DNA of 64,000 nt from an uncultured Flavobacteriaceae bacterium (lineage in GTDB: Bacteria > Bacteroidota > Bacteroidia > Flavobacteriales > Flavobacteriaceae), in contig CALSLW010000002.1 of the NCBI GenBank assembly GCA_943787295.1, positions 212,189-276,188 on the forward strand, written 5' to 3'. Below are positions 41,433 through 51,598 of this stretch, one piece after another. The notes below the pieces were generated by a model that was not told the origin of the DNA, made no database searches, and saw only the letters and a program-made list of their open reading frames with translations. A program made the position numbers and the translations under genes. Position 1 is the stretch's first letter, and every line of letters starts with the position of its first letter.

Positions 41433-43376
41433 AACTCGGTTTAATTTATTAGACACAAGGCGTCTTAATTGATAATAACTCATTACATCTTCTAACAAGC
41501 CTTTGTGTTCTTGGGTGGGGTCTTCCATTTCTGCTTGTAAGGATTCTATTTTACGATTAACTAAATGCTTGCGCAAACTCAAAATCGTTTCCGTTACCAT
41601 CAAACCAATTTGTTGATCTCTTGTTTTAACAAAAATATTTTTCTTATCCCATTGATGCAGACTGTACTTTTCTTCATTCATCAAAATAGTACTCACCAGG
41701 CTACTTAACTCTGGGGCTAAGGTGGGCATTAACTTATCAATCGACAACAACCCTTGCGTTTGAAATTGCTCCAAAAGCACAAAAAACAAGGATCTAAAAT
41801 CATCATTCGCGAGTTCAACTTCGTCTTGTTGCAAGTCCAAAAAGATCTTCTCGTATACCTTTGCCTTAACCATTGTTATTTCTTCTACAACTTCTTCAGA
41901 CGCTTCAGAGAATTGTAAAACAGACTCTTGGAAAGTTTCTTCGCGATCTCCATACAACATTAAAAGGGTGATGATTTGTTTCTCTAACTCGTATAACTCG
42001 TCCACTTTAAGCGCAGGAGCAACAGGCTGCACCACTTGCATTTGAGGGACATTAGGCTTTCGCTTGTTTTGTGCATTGACTTCTTTGGCTCTTTTTTGCG
42101 CTAAAGCGCTAAAAAGGACTTCCTCAGAAATTTCCATAATTGCAGCACAGCTTTGCACATACACCTCTCGCTGGATTGCATCGGGTATTTTTGCAATACT
42201 GTCCACCATATCTTTAATGGTCGCCGCTTTTTTTACTGGATCGTTTTGAGCCTCTTTCATCAAAAGAGACGCCTTAAACTGTATAAAATCTTTTGCGTTT
42301 TCGCTAAAAAAAGTCTGCACCTCTTCTAGGCTATGGTTTTTTGCGAAGCTATCTGGATCTTCCCCCTCTGGAAAAGAACACACTTTGACATTCATGCCTT
42401 GAGATAAGATCATGTCTATCCCGCGCAAAGCAGCCCTTAGACCCGCAGCATCACCGTCAAACAAGACCACAATATTCTGTGTAAGTCGCTGTATCAATCG
42501 AATTTGCTCTTGGGTTAATGCAGTCCCAGAAGAGGAGACTACATTTTTAATCCCCCGCTGGTGCATTTGGATCACATCAGTATAACCTTCGACTAAATAA
42601 CAACAGTCCTCTTTTGCGATGGTTTGCTTTGATTCATACAAGCCATAAAGGACTTTGCTCTTGTGGTAAATTTCGCTTTCGGGAGAATTGAGGTATTTAG
42701 CAGTTTTCTTATTGTCTCCTAAAATTCGCCCCCCAAAACCTACTGTACGCCCCGCCATACTTTTGATAGGGAAAAGCACTCGCCCACGAAAACGATCTAT
42801 CTTTCGCTCTTCGATGGTGAGTCCTGTCTTTTCTAAGAACTCAAGTTTATAGCCCTTTTCTAAGGCTGTGTTAGTAAAAGCGTCTTTGGTTTCTAAGGCA
42901 TAGCCTAAGTCAAAGGCCTTTATTGTTTCATCGGTAAAGCCGCGTTCTTGAAAATAGGTCTTCCCGATTGCTTTCCCTGCGCTGCTTTCCCAAAGGTTGT
43001 TTTTAAAATAATCTAAGGCAAATTCTGACACCAAAAGCATACTTTCTCTCGCATCTCTTTTGGCTTTTTCTTCATCTGTTTGCTGAGTTTCTTCGATTTC
43101 AATATTGTACTTTTTCGCTAGATACCGAATCGCTTCTGGATAAGAAAAACGCTCATGCTCCATCAAAAAAGCGACTACATTTCCTCCTTTTCCGGTACTA
43201 AAATCCTTCCAGATTTGCTTTACCGGAGAGACCATAAAACTAGGGGTGCGCTCTTGTGAAAAAGGACTGAGTCCTTTAAAATTACTCCCAGCTTTTTTAA
43301 GGGACACAAAATCTCCTATCACCTCCTCTACACGAGCGGTGTCATAGACTTGATCAATAGTAGTTTTTGTAATCAA
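41427..43376 (-). CDS. dnaG: DNA primase
   Basis: ERTPSF, KYLNSPE, VEGYTDV and FDGDAAG; TTG start. Confidence 0.97.
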   Translation of the reverse strand: MITKTTIDQVYDTARVEEVIGDFVSLKKAGSNFKGLSPFSQERTPSFMVSPVKQIWKDFSTGKGGNVVAFLMEHERFSYPEAIRYLAKKYNIEIEETQQTDEEKAKRDARESMLLVSEFALDYFKNNLWESSAGKAIGKTYFQERGFTDETIKAFDLGYALETKDAFTNTALEKGYKLEFLEKTGLTIEERKIDRFRGRVLFPIKSMAGRTVGFGGRILGDNKKTAKYLNSPESEIYHKSKVLYGLYESKQTIAKEDCCYLVEGYTDVIQMHQRGIKNVVSSSGTALTQEQIRLIQRLTQNIVVLFDGDAAGLRAALRGIDMILSQGMNVKVCSFPEGEDPDSFAKNHSLEEVQTFFSENAKDFIQFKASLLMKEAQNDPVKKAATIKDMVDSIAKIPDAIQREVYVQSCAAIMEISEEVLFSALAQKRAKEVNAQNKRKPNVPQMQVVQPVAPALKVDELYELEKQIITLLMLYGDREETFQESVLQFSEASEEVVEEITMVKAKVYEKIFLDLQQDEVELANDDFRSLFFVLLEQFQTQGLLSIDKLMPTLAPELSSLVSTILMNEEKYSLHQWDKKNIFVKTRDQQIGLMVTETILSLRKHLVNRKIESLQAEMEDPTQEHKGLLEDVMSYYQLRRLVSNKLNRVL

Positions 43377-43417
43377 AGGAAATAATTAATGGTGCTATAA
43401 ACTTAAGAAAAAAGAAC

Positions 43418-44395
43418 TTATTGCTTACGAGAAATAACGTAATTCACCATTTGTTCAAGGGCGTCTCTATAGGCATCTTGAGGGAACTCTAATAAGAGTG
43501 CTAAGGCTTTTTGTCTAAATTCTTCCATCTTATCTTCGGCATAGGTTAAACCTCCTGTTGCTTTGACCTTCTCAATAACTTCTCGCACACGTTTTTTATC
43601 GCGATTGTGTCTTTTGACAGATTGGATGATCCAGTTTTTCTCTGCAGTTGGGACATTATTCAGGGTGTAAATTAAGGGCAGAGTCATTTTTTGCTCTTTG
43701 ATATCTATCCCTGTTGGCTTACCTATGGCCGTTTCGCCATAATCAAATAGGTCATCTTTTATTTGAAAGGCCATTCCTATATATTCCCCAAAAAGGCGCA
43801 TCTTTTCTACCACCTGATCATCGTCTCGCACTGTTCTTGCTCCCATCGCGCAACAAGCGGCTAATAGGGTGGCTGTTTTTTGACGAATAATATTGTAGTA
43901 GACCTCTTCGGTGATGTCGAGTTTACGGGCTTTTTCGATTTGCAATAATTCTCCCTCGCTAATTTCTCTAACCGCGACAGAGATGATTTTAAGTAAATCA
44001 AAATCATCGTTCTCTATGCAGAGTAACATTCCTTTTGAGAGCATAAAATCCCCCACTAAGACGGCGATTTTATTCTTCCATAAAGCATTGACAGAGAAAA
44101 ATCCTCTTCTAAGGTTAGAATCATCTACCACATCGTCGTGAACAAGCGAGGCGGTATGGATCAATTCTATTACGGCAGCACCGCGATAAGTTCTTTCGTT
44201 GACTTTGCCTTGATTGAGCATTTTAGCGGTCAAAAAGACAAACATGGGACGCATTTGCTTCCCTTTACGGTTAACAATAAAATGGGTAATACGATTTAAT
44301 AGGGCAACTTTAGAAGACATGGAAGTGGTGAACTTCTCTTCAAACAGCTCCATCTCTTCATATATCGGCTCCTTTATCTGCTCAACGACTTTCAT
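43418..44395 (-). CDS. Polyprenyl diphosphate synthase (IspB-like)
   Basis: GKQMRP, LVHDDVVD and FQIKDD. Confidence 0.93.
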   Translation of the reverse strand: MKVVEQIKEPIYEEMELFEEKFTTSMSSKVALLNRITHFIVNRKGKQMRPMFVFLTAKMLNQGKVNERTYRGAAVIELIHTASLVHDDVVDDSNLRRGFFSVNALWKNKIAVLVGDFMLSKGMLLCIENDDFDLLKIISVAVREISEGELLQIEKARKLDITEEVYYNIIRQKTATLLAACCAMGARTVRDDDQVVEKMRLFGEYIGMAFQIKDDLFDYGETAIGKPTGIDIKEQKMTLPLIYTLNNVPTAEKNWIIQSVKRHNRDKKRVREVIEKVKATGGLTYAEDKMEEFRQKALALLLEFPQDAYRDALEQMVNYVISRKQ

Positions 44396-44415
44396 TGCTC
44401 AAAGATACACTTTCA

Positions 44416-45468
44416 TCAAGTGTTTTCTTGATTTTTATTGGCTAATTGCCCGCAAGCGGCGTCAATATCTTTTCCGCGAGAGCGGCGAATGGTAGCAGTA
44501 ATATGTGCTGCAGTAAGGTATTCTATGTATTGATCGATGATGGCTGGGTCGGCTTGTTGAAAGTCATCTTCCCCTATGGCATTGTATTCAATCAAGTTTA
44601 CTTTTGAGGGGACTTGGCGACAAAAATTTACTAAAGCGCGTGTATGCTCCATATTATCGTTAATCCCTTTCCAAACGACGTATTCATAGGTCACTCTTTT
44701 CCCGGTCTTTTCGTACCAGTATTTGAGAGAATCTAGAAGATCTTCTAAGGGAAACTTTTCTGCAAAAGGCATAATCTGTTCCCGTGTTGCTTGCACGGCA
44801 GTATGGAGTGAAACTGCAAGATTGAACTGCACCTCATCATCGGCCATTTTTTTAATCAATTTTGGCAGGCCAGAAGTAGAGAGCGTAATGCGTCTAGGGG
44901 ACATTCCCAATCCAGCAGGATCGGTGATTTTATTGATGGCCATAAGCACATTGTTATAATTCATCAATGGCTCCCCCATCCCCATAAAAACAATGTTTGA
45001 TAAAGGGCGATTAAAATAGGATTTGCTTTGTTGATCGATGGCGACAACTTGGTCAAAGATCTCGTCTGGATTTAAGTTTCGCATTCGGGCAAGTTTTGCC
45101 GTCGCACAAAATTTACAGTCTAAACTACAACCCACTTGCGATGAAACACAGGCAGTTGTACGATCTTTTACTGGGATTAAAACAGATTCGACTATACGAC
45201 CATCAAATAATTTAACGGCATTTTTTATGGTTCCATCTGCACTGCGCTGTTGTTGATCAACCGCAATGTGATTAATGGTAAAATGTTCTTCCAAAAAAAC
45301 CCGGGTATCTTTGGATAAATTGGTCATTCCATCAAATTGATGGATTCCTTTATTCCACAGCCATTGATAGACTTGTTTTCCTCTAAAGGCTTTATCTCCT
45401 TTGGCTACAAAAAAATCTTGCAACTCTGTCAAAGAGTATGCACGTATATCTTTTTTTTCAGTAGCCAT
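44416..45468 (-). CDS. rlmN: 23S rRNA m2A2503 methyltransferase
   Basis: CSLDCKFC radical-SAM motif, MGMGEP and DIDAACGQL. Confidence 0.97.
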   Translation of the reverse strand: MATEKKDIRAYSLTELQDFFVAKGDKAFRGKQVYQWLWNKGIHQFDGMTNLSKDTRVFLEEHFTINHIAVDQQQRSADGTIKNAVKLFDGRIVESVLIPVKDRTTACVSSQVGCSLDCKFCATAKLARMRNLNPDEIFDQVVAIDQQSKSYFNRPLSNIVFMGMGEPLMNYNNVLMAINKITDPAGLGMSPRRITLSTSGLPKLIKKMADDEVQFNLAVSLHTAVQATREQIMPFAEKFPLEDLLDSLKYWYEKTGKRVTYEYVVWKGINDNMEHTRALVNFCRQVPSKVNLIEYNAIGEDDFQQADPAIIDQYIEYLTAAHITATIRRSRGKDIDAACGQLANKNQENT

Positions 45469-45476
45469 AAAGTGAT

Positions 45477-46526
45477 TTATATAATCAACATAGCGTCACC
45501 ATATGAGTAGAAGTTATACTTCTCCTTCACTGCAACGTCATAAGCTTCTTTGATAAAATCTGGATCAGCAAAGGCAGATACCATCATCAAGAGTGTTGAC
45601 TTAGGAGTGTGGAAATTCGTAATCATACAATTGGCAATCGCAAACTCGTGTGGAGGGAAGATAAACTTATGCGTCCACCCGTTATAAGTGTTCAAGGTGT
45701 TGACAGAAGAAACAGAGCTTTCTAAACCACGCATTACCGTTGTTCCCACTGCACAAATTCTTCTTTTATTGGCTTTTGCTGCATTGACAACATCAACAAC
45801 ATTTTGCTCAATAATCAACTCTTCTGAGTCCATTTTGTGCTTCGATAGATCCTCTACCTCAACGGGGTTAAAAGTCCCTAGACCTACGTGCAGGGTTAGC
45901 TCGGCTAAATCAACTCCTTTGATCTCTAAACGCTTTAATAAATGTTTAGAGAAATGCAGTCCAGCAGTAGGTGCCGCTACAGCACCTTCATTTTTAGCAT
46001 ATATGGTTTGATAACGTGTTTTATCCTCATCATTAGGTTCACGCTTGATATATTTTGGTAAAGGGGTCTCTCCTAAATCTTTTAACTTTTTTCTAAATTC
46101 TTCATACGGACCATCAAAAAGGAAACGCAAGGTTCTCCCGCGAGAGGTAGTGTTATCAATCACCTCTGCGACTAAACTATCATCGTTTCCAAAATATAAT
46201 TTGTTCCCGATTCTAATTTTTCTTGCTGGATCTACTAAAACATCCCACAAGCGTTGCTCTTCGTTCAACTCGCGCAATAAGAACACTTCTATACGCGCAC
46301 CTGTCTTCTCTTTGTTACCAAATAAACGGGCTGGAAATACTTTGGTATTATTTAATACCATTACATCCCCTTCATCAAAGAAATTAATAACATCTTTAAA
46401 TTGGTGGTGTTCAATGGTGTGCTTTTCGCGGTTTAAAACCATTAAGCGCGACTCGTCTCTGTTTTCAGCGGGAAATTCTGCTAATCGATCTTCAGGTAGC
46501 TCAAAATTAAAATCAGATAGTTTCAT
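45477..46526 (-). CDS. queA: SAM:tRNA ribosyltransferase-isomerase
   Basis: [29 protein letters not shown] and YSYGDAM. Confidence 0.97.
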   Translation of the reverse strand: MKLSDFNFELPEDRLAEFPAENRDESRLMVLNREKHTIEHHQFKDVINFFDEGDVMVLNNTKVFPARLFGNKEKTGARIEVFLLRELNEEQRLWDVLVDPARKIRIGNKLYFGNDDSLVAEVIDNTTSRGRTLRFLFDGPYEEFRKKLKDLGETPLPKYIKREPNDEDKTRYQTIYAKNEGAVAAPTAGLHFSKHLLKRLEIKGVDLAELTLHVGLGTFNPVEVEDLSKHKMDSEELIIEQNVVDVVNAAKANKRRICAVGTTVMRGLESSVSSVNTLNTYNGWTHKFIFPPHEFAIANCMITNFHTPKSTLLMMVSAFADPDFIKEAYDVAVKEKYNFYSYGDAMLII

Positions 46527-46568
46527 ATATCAAGGTGGGTGATAAAATAATTTTTCTTATTAAAGGGG

Positions 46569-46576
46569 CAAATATA
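46569..46576 (-). promoter_or_regulatory. -7 promoter element TATATTTG for queA-rlmN
   Basis: caaatata on the + strand. Confidence 0.6.
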
Positions 46577-46623
46577 CGTTCTGGATATAGGGGTTGTCAA
46601 GTAAATGGCCTACTTTCGGTCGA

Positions 46624-47850
46624 CTATTTTTTAACTACTTGAAAACCAGTGCTTTTTAGATCTTCCCAAAAGCCAGGATAAGACTTACTCACAACTCCTG
46701 CATCGTTGATTGTTAAAGGGATTTTCAATCCCAAAGGCGCAAAAGCCATCGCCATTCTATGATCGTGATAGGTATCAATTGATTGATCTGCATTAAAACT
46801 TTGTTTAGCAGCTAATTGTAGACTTTTATCATCTACTGTAATTGTAGCACCTAACTTTCCTAATTCTTTTTCAAGGGCCAAAAGACGATCGGTTTCTTTT
46901 ATTTTCAGGGTATGCAAGCCGGCTAAATCGCAAGCAACTCCTAAACCATAACAACTTACTGCTATAGTCTGTGCGATATCTGGCGCCTCGACTAAATCAA
47001 GCTCAATTTTTTGTGGAATAACAAAAGAAGCTTCCTTTTTAAGGATCAAAGTATTTCCTTCAAAATGACTTTCTACCCCTAATAGACGATAGATCGTTCT
47101 TAAAACAGCATCTCCTTGCAGACTATCTTTGCGGTAGTTGGACAAATGTATTTCGCCTTCTTCAGCTAGGGCGAGCGTACTAAACCAGTAAGAAGCAGAA
47201 CTCCAATCTGATTCAACCACTTGGACTTGTTTATCAACTGCTGCTTGATAAGGAATATGTATAGTTTTTCCTTCAAAATTAGTCTTGATTCCCAGGCGCT
47301 CTAACAGGGACAAAGTCATTTTAATATAGGGCAAGGAGGTTATTTCACCTTCCAAATTAAGGGTTAAACCCTTCGCTAATTTCGGCGCAATTAATAGTAA
47401 AGCAGAGATATACTGACTGGATATATTTGCTGGAAGCGTTACTTCACCACCTTCTAATTGTTTTCCAATGATCGATAAAGGCGGATAGCCCTCTTCTTTT
47501 GTATAGCTAATATTTCCTCCTAATGCGTTTAAGGCATCGACAAGAAGAGCAATAGGGCGTTCTTGCATTCGCTGTGAACCCGTAAGAACGATGTCACTGT
47601 TTTCTTTGGTGGCAAAATAAGCAGTAAGAAAACGCATAGCTGTACCAGCATGATGAATATCTTTTAGCTTCCCCTCTGTATGTAATGCCATATGCATCGC
47701 AACAGAATCGTCAGAATTAGATTGATTTTCAATGGTTAATTGTGGGTACAATGCTTGTAAAAGCAACAAGCGATTGGTTTCACTTTTTGAGCCCGTTATA
47801 GTGAGTTTTGCATGAGCTTTTTTGGTGGGGTGCTGTAAGGCTAATCGCAT
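46624..47850 (-). CDS. aroA: EPSP synthase
   Basis: GSKSETNR, AGTAMRF, SSQYISA, KETDR and DHRMAM. Confidence 0.96.
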   Translation of the reverse strand: MRLALQHPTKKAHAKLTITGSKSETNRLLLLQALYPQLTIENQSNSDDSVAMHMALHTEGKLKDIHHAGTAMRFLTAYFATKENSDIVLTGSQRMQERPIALLVDALNALGGNISYTKEEGYPPLSIIGKQLEGGEVTLPANISSQYISALLLIAPKLAKGLTLNLEGEITSLPYIKMTLSLLERLGIKTNFEGKTIHIPYQAAVDKQVQVVESDWSSASYWFSTLALAEEGEIHLSNYRKDSLQGDAVLRTIYRLLGVESHFEGNTLILKKEASFVIPQKIELDLVEAPDIAQTIAVSCYGLGVACDLAGLHTLKIKETDRLLALEKELGKLGATITVDDKSLQLAAKQSFNADQSIDTYHDHRMAMAFAPLGLKIPLTINDAGVVSKSYPGFWEDLKSTGFQVVKK

Positions 47851-47860
47851 AAATACGGGA

Positions 47861-48187
47861 CTATTTTAATTTTTTATTTTGATGATGACGATCGTGATCA
47901 CGTTTTGTTTTTAAATCGAGTTTTTGATCAAAGGCAGCTTGAAGATCTGTCCCCGTTTGGTTGGCAAGACACAACAAGACAAAAAGCACATCTGCGAGTT
48001 CTTCTCCTAAATCTTTGCTCTTATCACTTTCTTTTTCGCTTTGTTCTCCATAGCGACGGGCGATAATACGGGCGACTTCACCTACTTCTTCGGTTAACTG
48101 AGCCATGTTTGTCAATTCGTTAAAATAACGAACCCCATGGGTTTTGATCCATTCGTCCACTACTTTTTGAGCATTTTGTATGTCCAT
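47861..48187 (-). CDS. MazG-like nucleotide pyrophosphohydrolase
   Basis: LTEEVGEVAR and EELADV. Confidence 0.9.
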   Translation of the reverse strand: MDIQNAQKVVDEWIKTHGVRYFNELTNMAQLTEEVGEVARIIARRYGEQSEKESDKSKDLGEELADVLFVLLCLANQTGTDLQAAFDQKLDLKTKRDHDRHHQNKKLK

Positions 48188-48238
48188 GAAAAACTTTTTT
48201 ACAAAGCTAAAGGAAGTTTCAACAACTACAAGAATTGC

Positions 48239-48931
48239 TTAGAGGTATTGCTTTATTTCTGCTAAATTTTCTACAATTGGGCAGTGGTTGTGTAAGGGTT
48301 CATCGTGGCTGTTAAATTGTATGGCTTGCATTCCTAACGCAACTGCCCCCTCTATGTCAGCCTCAAAACTATCTCCGATCATTAAAGCATTTTTTGCAGT
48401 GGTTTCAGCTAAACTAAGGGCTTGATTAAAAATATCTGGATGGGGTTTCTTTATCCCTGCCTTTTCTGCGGTAAGCACTACCTCAAAATAAGGCGCTAAA
48501 CCAGCATTTGCCATTTTCTTTTGTTGCACATTTTCAAAACCATTGGTGATAATATGTAAACGATAGTTTGGTTTTAAATAATCTAACAGATCAATCGTTC
48601 CCTCAAAAATATGAGTATGTGTAGATAGTTGATTGATATACCCTTTTGATAAGACGGTAATCACCTGCTTTGTTTGCGGACAGTTAACCGCCTCAAAAGT
48701 TTTCTGTAAGCGAACAAATCGCAATTCCTCTGTCGTGATTTTATTTTCGCGATACAATTTCCAAAAAGCGTGATTTATAGGGCCATAAGCCTCCATAAAT
48801 GTAGCGGTATCAAAAGGAAAACTGTAATGGGCGAGTAATTGGTCAAAAGTAGCTTGAGAATTCGCTTCAAAATCCCATAAAGTATGGTCTAAATCAAAAA
48901 AAATATCAGTGAGGTGATCCTTATCTATCAT
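48239..48931 (-). CDS. YjjG family HAD pyrimidine nucleotidase
   Basis: FDLDHTLWD, ITNGF, KP and GDSFEAD; likely start MIDKD at 48931. Confidence 0.9.
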   Translation of the reverse strand: MIDKDHLTDIFFDLDHTLWDFEANSQATFDQLLAHYSFPFDTATFMEAYGPINHAFWKLYRENKITTEELRFVRLQKTFEAVNCPQTKQVITVLSKGYINQLSTHTHIFEGTIDLLDYLKPNYRLHIITNGFENVQQKKMANAGLAPYFEVVLTAEKAGIKKPHPDIFNQALSLAETTAKNALMIGDSFEADIEGAVALGMQAIQFNSHDEPLHNHCPIVENLAEIKQYL

Positions 48932-50222
48932 GTGCCTTAAGATAATCAATAATGACAGAGCGATAGCCTTTATTTACCTCAGAATTTTCTAAAAATTTAT
49001 TGCTTAAAGCAAAACTATGCACTCCCGTCGCAAGCGGAAGTTTATCCCCCATTGAAATCAATTTCTTAATTCCTTCTACAGGGCTGTATTGACGTAAACT
49101 ATCTTCATTAGACACCACAGGGAAAATTTTTAAGGTGGTTGTCATTTCATTCGCTAGATCATAATAATAAAAGGGTACGGCGGTACTGGCACGGTACCCC
49201 ATTATATTGGGGAAACTTAAACTAAAATCTGCTTGCACTTCTTGCATGATCAAGTTGCGATAACTTTCATTAACGGTACTAATCCCCCAAGCATATCTGA
49301 TTTTTTGAATCTTTCGATGAATCAATACATTCAAGTCCTTGCGTTCTTTTTCAAATTGATTGCCTTTTTTATTCGCAGGAAAAGAGGCTAGCAAACCCAC
49401 CTCGAAATAATCGGCTACTCCTTTAATCAAACTTTGGAAAGAGTTATTTCTAATCGAAATACCACGGTCCATATTCGAGCCTTTTGAAAATAAAAAGAAG
49501 AAATAAGAGTTGAATTTTGCCTTATAAAACAGGGTTTTATACTCTTGAAAAGTATCCCAAGGGTCTTTTCTAAACCCTAAGAGTACCATGGGTTGTTCAA
49601 ATAGCTCCCAAAAGTTGAGTTGATAGAGCGCCTTCCCAAAGGTGGCTAAATTACTAAAAACAGATTGATGCAGATACTTATAAGGCGAGACCACTTCTAT
49701 CAATGGCTTAAAACTTTCTCCAGAACTTTCCACGATAAGAAGATCTGGAAAAGTGTCTTTTAACAGCGATAATAACTCTGCAAGCCAAAAGTCAACTATA
49801 GGGACTTCGGCGAAGCCTTTTCTAACACAAAGACTTTGTTTTGCCTCAAAACGATCCAACTGATCTTTAACATGAGGTAGATATTCTTCATAGCGAGAGA
49901 TCAAATAAAAGGTAGCCGCAAAGAGGTCAAAAGGAAAGGCCGATTCTTTTTTCCGCACTTCAAAAAAAGTGGGGTAAGTCTTCCATTGTTTTATGTCGAC
50001 TGCAACGTCTTGCACCCCTAATTCAAAAAGCAAAGGCACCGCTTCGACAAAAAATTCATTGCCTAAAGGGGCTTTTCCATAACTCATTTTTGGACCTGTA
50101 TAAGCGATAAAGGTCTCTAACTTTGAGGTGAAATCAATCTCTATCCCTAAAGCTGTGGTAAACACATGCGTGAAGGTGTACTGGATTCTAGGAGTGACTT
50201 TTTGGCAAAAAACCAATAGCAT
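48921..50222 (-). CDS. Conserved Bacteroidetes protein (polysaccharide deacetylase-like, DUF7033-type)
   Basis: DLFAATFYLISRYEEYLPH, P(I)VDFW and GYRASTAVPFYYYDL; typical neighbour of radC. Confidence 0.7.
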   Translation of the reverse strand: MLLVFCQKVTPRIQYTFTHVFTTALGIEIDFTSKLETFIAYTGPKMSYGKAPLGNEFFVEAVPLLFELGVQDVAVDIKQWKTYPTFFEVRKKESAFPFDLFAATFYLISRYEEYLPHVKDQLDRFEAKQSLCVRKGFAEVPIVDFWLAELLSLLKDTFPDLLIVESSGESFKPLIEVVSPYKYLHQSVFSNLATFGKALYQLNFWELFEQPMVLLGFRKDPWDTFQEYKTLFYKAKFNSYFFFLFSKGSNMDRGISIRNNSFQSLIKGVADYFEVGLLASFPANKKGNQFEKERKDLNVLIHRKIQKIRYAWGISTVNESYRNLIMQEVQADFSLSFPNIMGYRASTAVPFYYYDLANEMTTTLKIFPVVSNEDSLRQYSPVEGIKKLISMGDKLPLATGVHSFALSNKFLENSEVNKGYRSVIIDYLKAHDR

Positions 50223-50921
50223 TTATAAGATGTTTTCGTCTGCAAAGCTAAAGTAGCTTTTTTCAGAAACAATTAGATGATCTAAGAGTTGAATATCGAT
50301 GACTTTTGCTGCTTTATTGATTTTTTCTGTCAAGGCGATATCTGCCTTACTGGGCTGTAAATTTCCAGTAGGATGATTATGGGCCAATAACAGTCCAGTA
50401 GCCCCTACCTCAAGGCCTTTTTTAAGTAGCAAACGCAAATCGACTGTAGTAGACGCAATCCCTCCTTTACTCAAGCAATGACGAGTGATCACCTTATTTT
50501 GATGATTTAAATAGGCCACCCAAAATTCTTCGTGTGCAAGAAAACTTAATACCGGATGGAATAATTGATAAGCCTTTGCGCTACTATTACATTGGAGTTG
50601 TTTGATAGGCTCTGCCAAATGGATACGCTTTCCCAACTCTAAAGCTGCTTTTATTTTTACCGCCTTTGCCAGTCCTATCCCTTTCCATTCCATCATTTTT
50701 TCTAAAGCCATCGCATGTAACTCCATAATGTTGTTGTCAACCGCAGATAACAAACGCTGCATTAAATGCACCGCAGACTCCTCTTTATTCCCGCTTCCTA
50801 TAAGTAAGGCTAGTAATTCTGCATTTGATAATTGTTGGGCACCATTTTGCTGCATTTTTTCTCTAGGACGATCGTCTATCGACCATTGTCTAATGGTAAA
50901 ATGTGAAGGTTTTTGTGACAT
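50223..50921 (-). CDS. radC: RadC/JAB domain protein
   Basis: DRPREKM, LSNAELLA, HNHPTG...SKAD and LLDHLIV; likely start MSQK at 50921. Confidence 0.94.
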   Translation of the reverse strand: MSQKPSHFTIRQWSIDDRPREKMQQNGAQQLSNAELLALLIGSGNKEESAVHLMQRLLSAVDNNIMELHAMALEKMMEWKGIGLAKAVKIKAALELGKRIHLAEPIKQLQCNSSAKAYQLFHPVLSFLAHEEFWVAYLNHQNKVITRHCLSKGGIASTTVDLRLLLKKGLEVGATGLLLAHNHPTGNLQPSKADIALTEKINKAAKVIDIQLLDHLIVSEKSYFSFADENIL

Positions 50922-50971
50922 GATTTGGGTTATTTTAATACATTCGTTAGGCAAGCCTAAAATACATATTT

Positions 50972-51598
50972 ATGCATTACCCACCTATTCATCATCAAGA
51001 GAAAAACTTTAACAACATCGTTCAATTGATGCAAATGTATCCTTTGGCCATGATTAATAGCTGCATGAATAATGAGATTGAAAGCACCCATACGCCATTG
51101 GTGTATCAACCCAATGAGAAGCTGGGAGTCTTGATTGGTCATATAGATAAATACAATCCCCAACTAGAACATTTTAAAAACAATACTGCCGTACAAATTA
51201 TCTTTAACGGACCACAAGTGTATATTTCGCCTTCTGTTTACAGTACAACTCAATTACCCACTTGGAATTATTTTAAAGCACATTTAAAAGGAACCCTAAT
51301 CCTAGAAAATGATCGTGAAAAAGTGAAACAGAGCTTGATCAATATGACTGCATTTTTAGAAGGAGATCAACCCAAATATAGTCTGGAACCTGATAATCCC
51401 AGAATGGAAGCCGCCCTGAATTATATCGTAGGGTTTCGCATTGAAATCAATTCCTGGGAAGGCAAGTATAAAATCTCCCAAGACAAGAAAAAAGAAGATC
51501 GTGAAAGAGCAAAGGTCGCTATGCAAACCGCACGAACAAATACCGAAAAAGAAGTCGCTTTGTTGTATTCAATGCACCGAACTAAAAAGAAACAATAA
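50972..51598 (+). CDS. FMN-binding negative transcriptional regulator (PaiB family)
   Basis: HTPL, GHIDKYNPQ, YISPSVY, LPTWNY and GKYKISQ. Confidence 0.88.
   Translation: MHYPPIHHQEKNFNNIVQLMQMYPLAMINSCMNNEIESTHTPLVYQPNEKLGVLIGHIDKYNPQLEHFKNNTAVQIIFNGPQVYISPSVYSTTQLPTWNYFKAHLKGTLILENDREKVKQSLINMTAFLEGDQPKYSLEPDNPRMEAALNYIVGFRIEINSWEGKYKISQDKKKEDRERAKVAMQTARTNTEKEVALLYSMHRTKKKQ

Noticed and set aside
47861-48187. MazG-like gene as an anti-phage or toxin-antitoxin component
   Set aside because: It is a housekeeping-type pyrophosphohydrolase co-oriented with aroA, with no partner genes.
50223-50954. radC as a marker of a mobile element
   Set aside because: It is a full-length chromosomal-type RadC in a housekeeping neighbourhood with no mobility genes.
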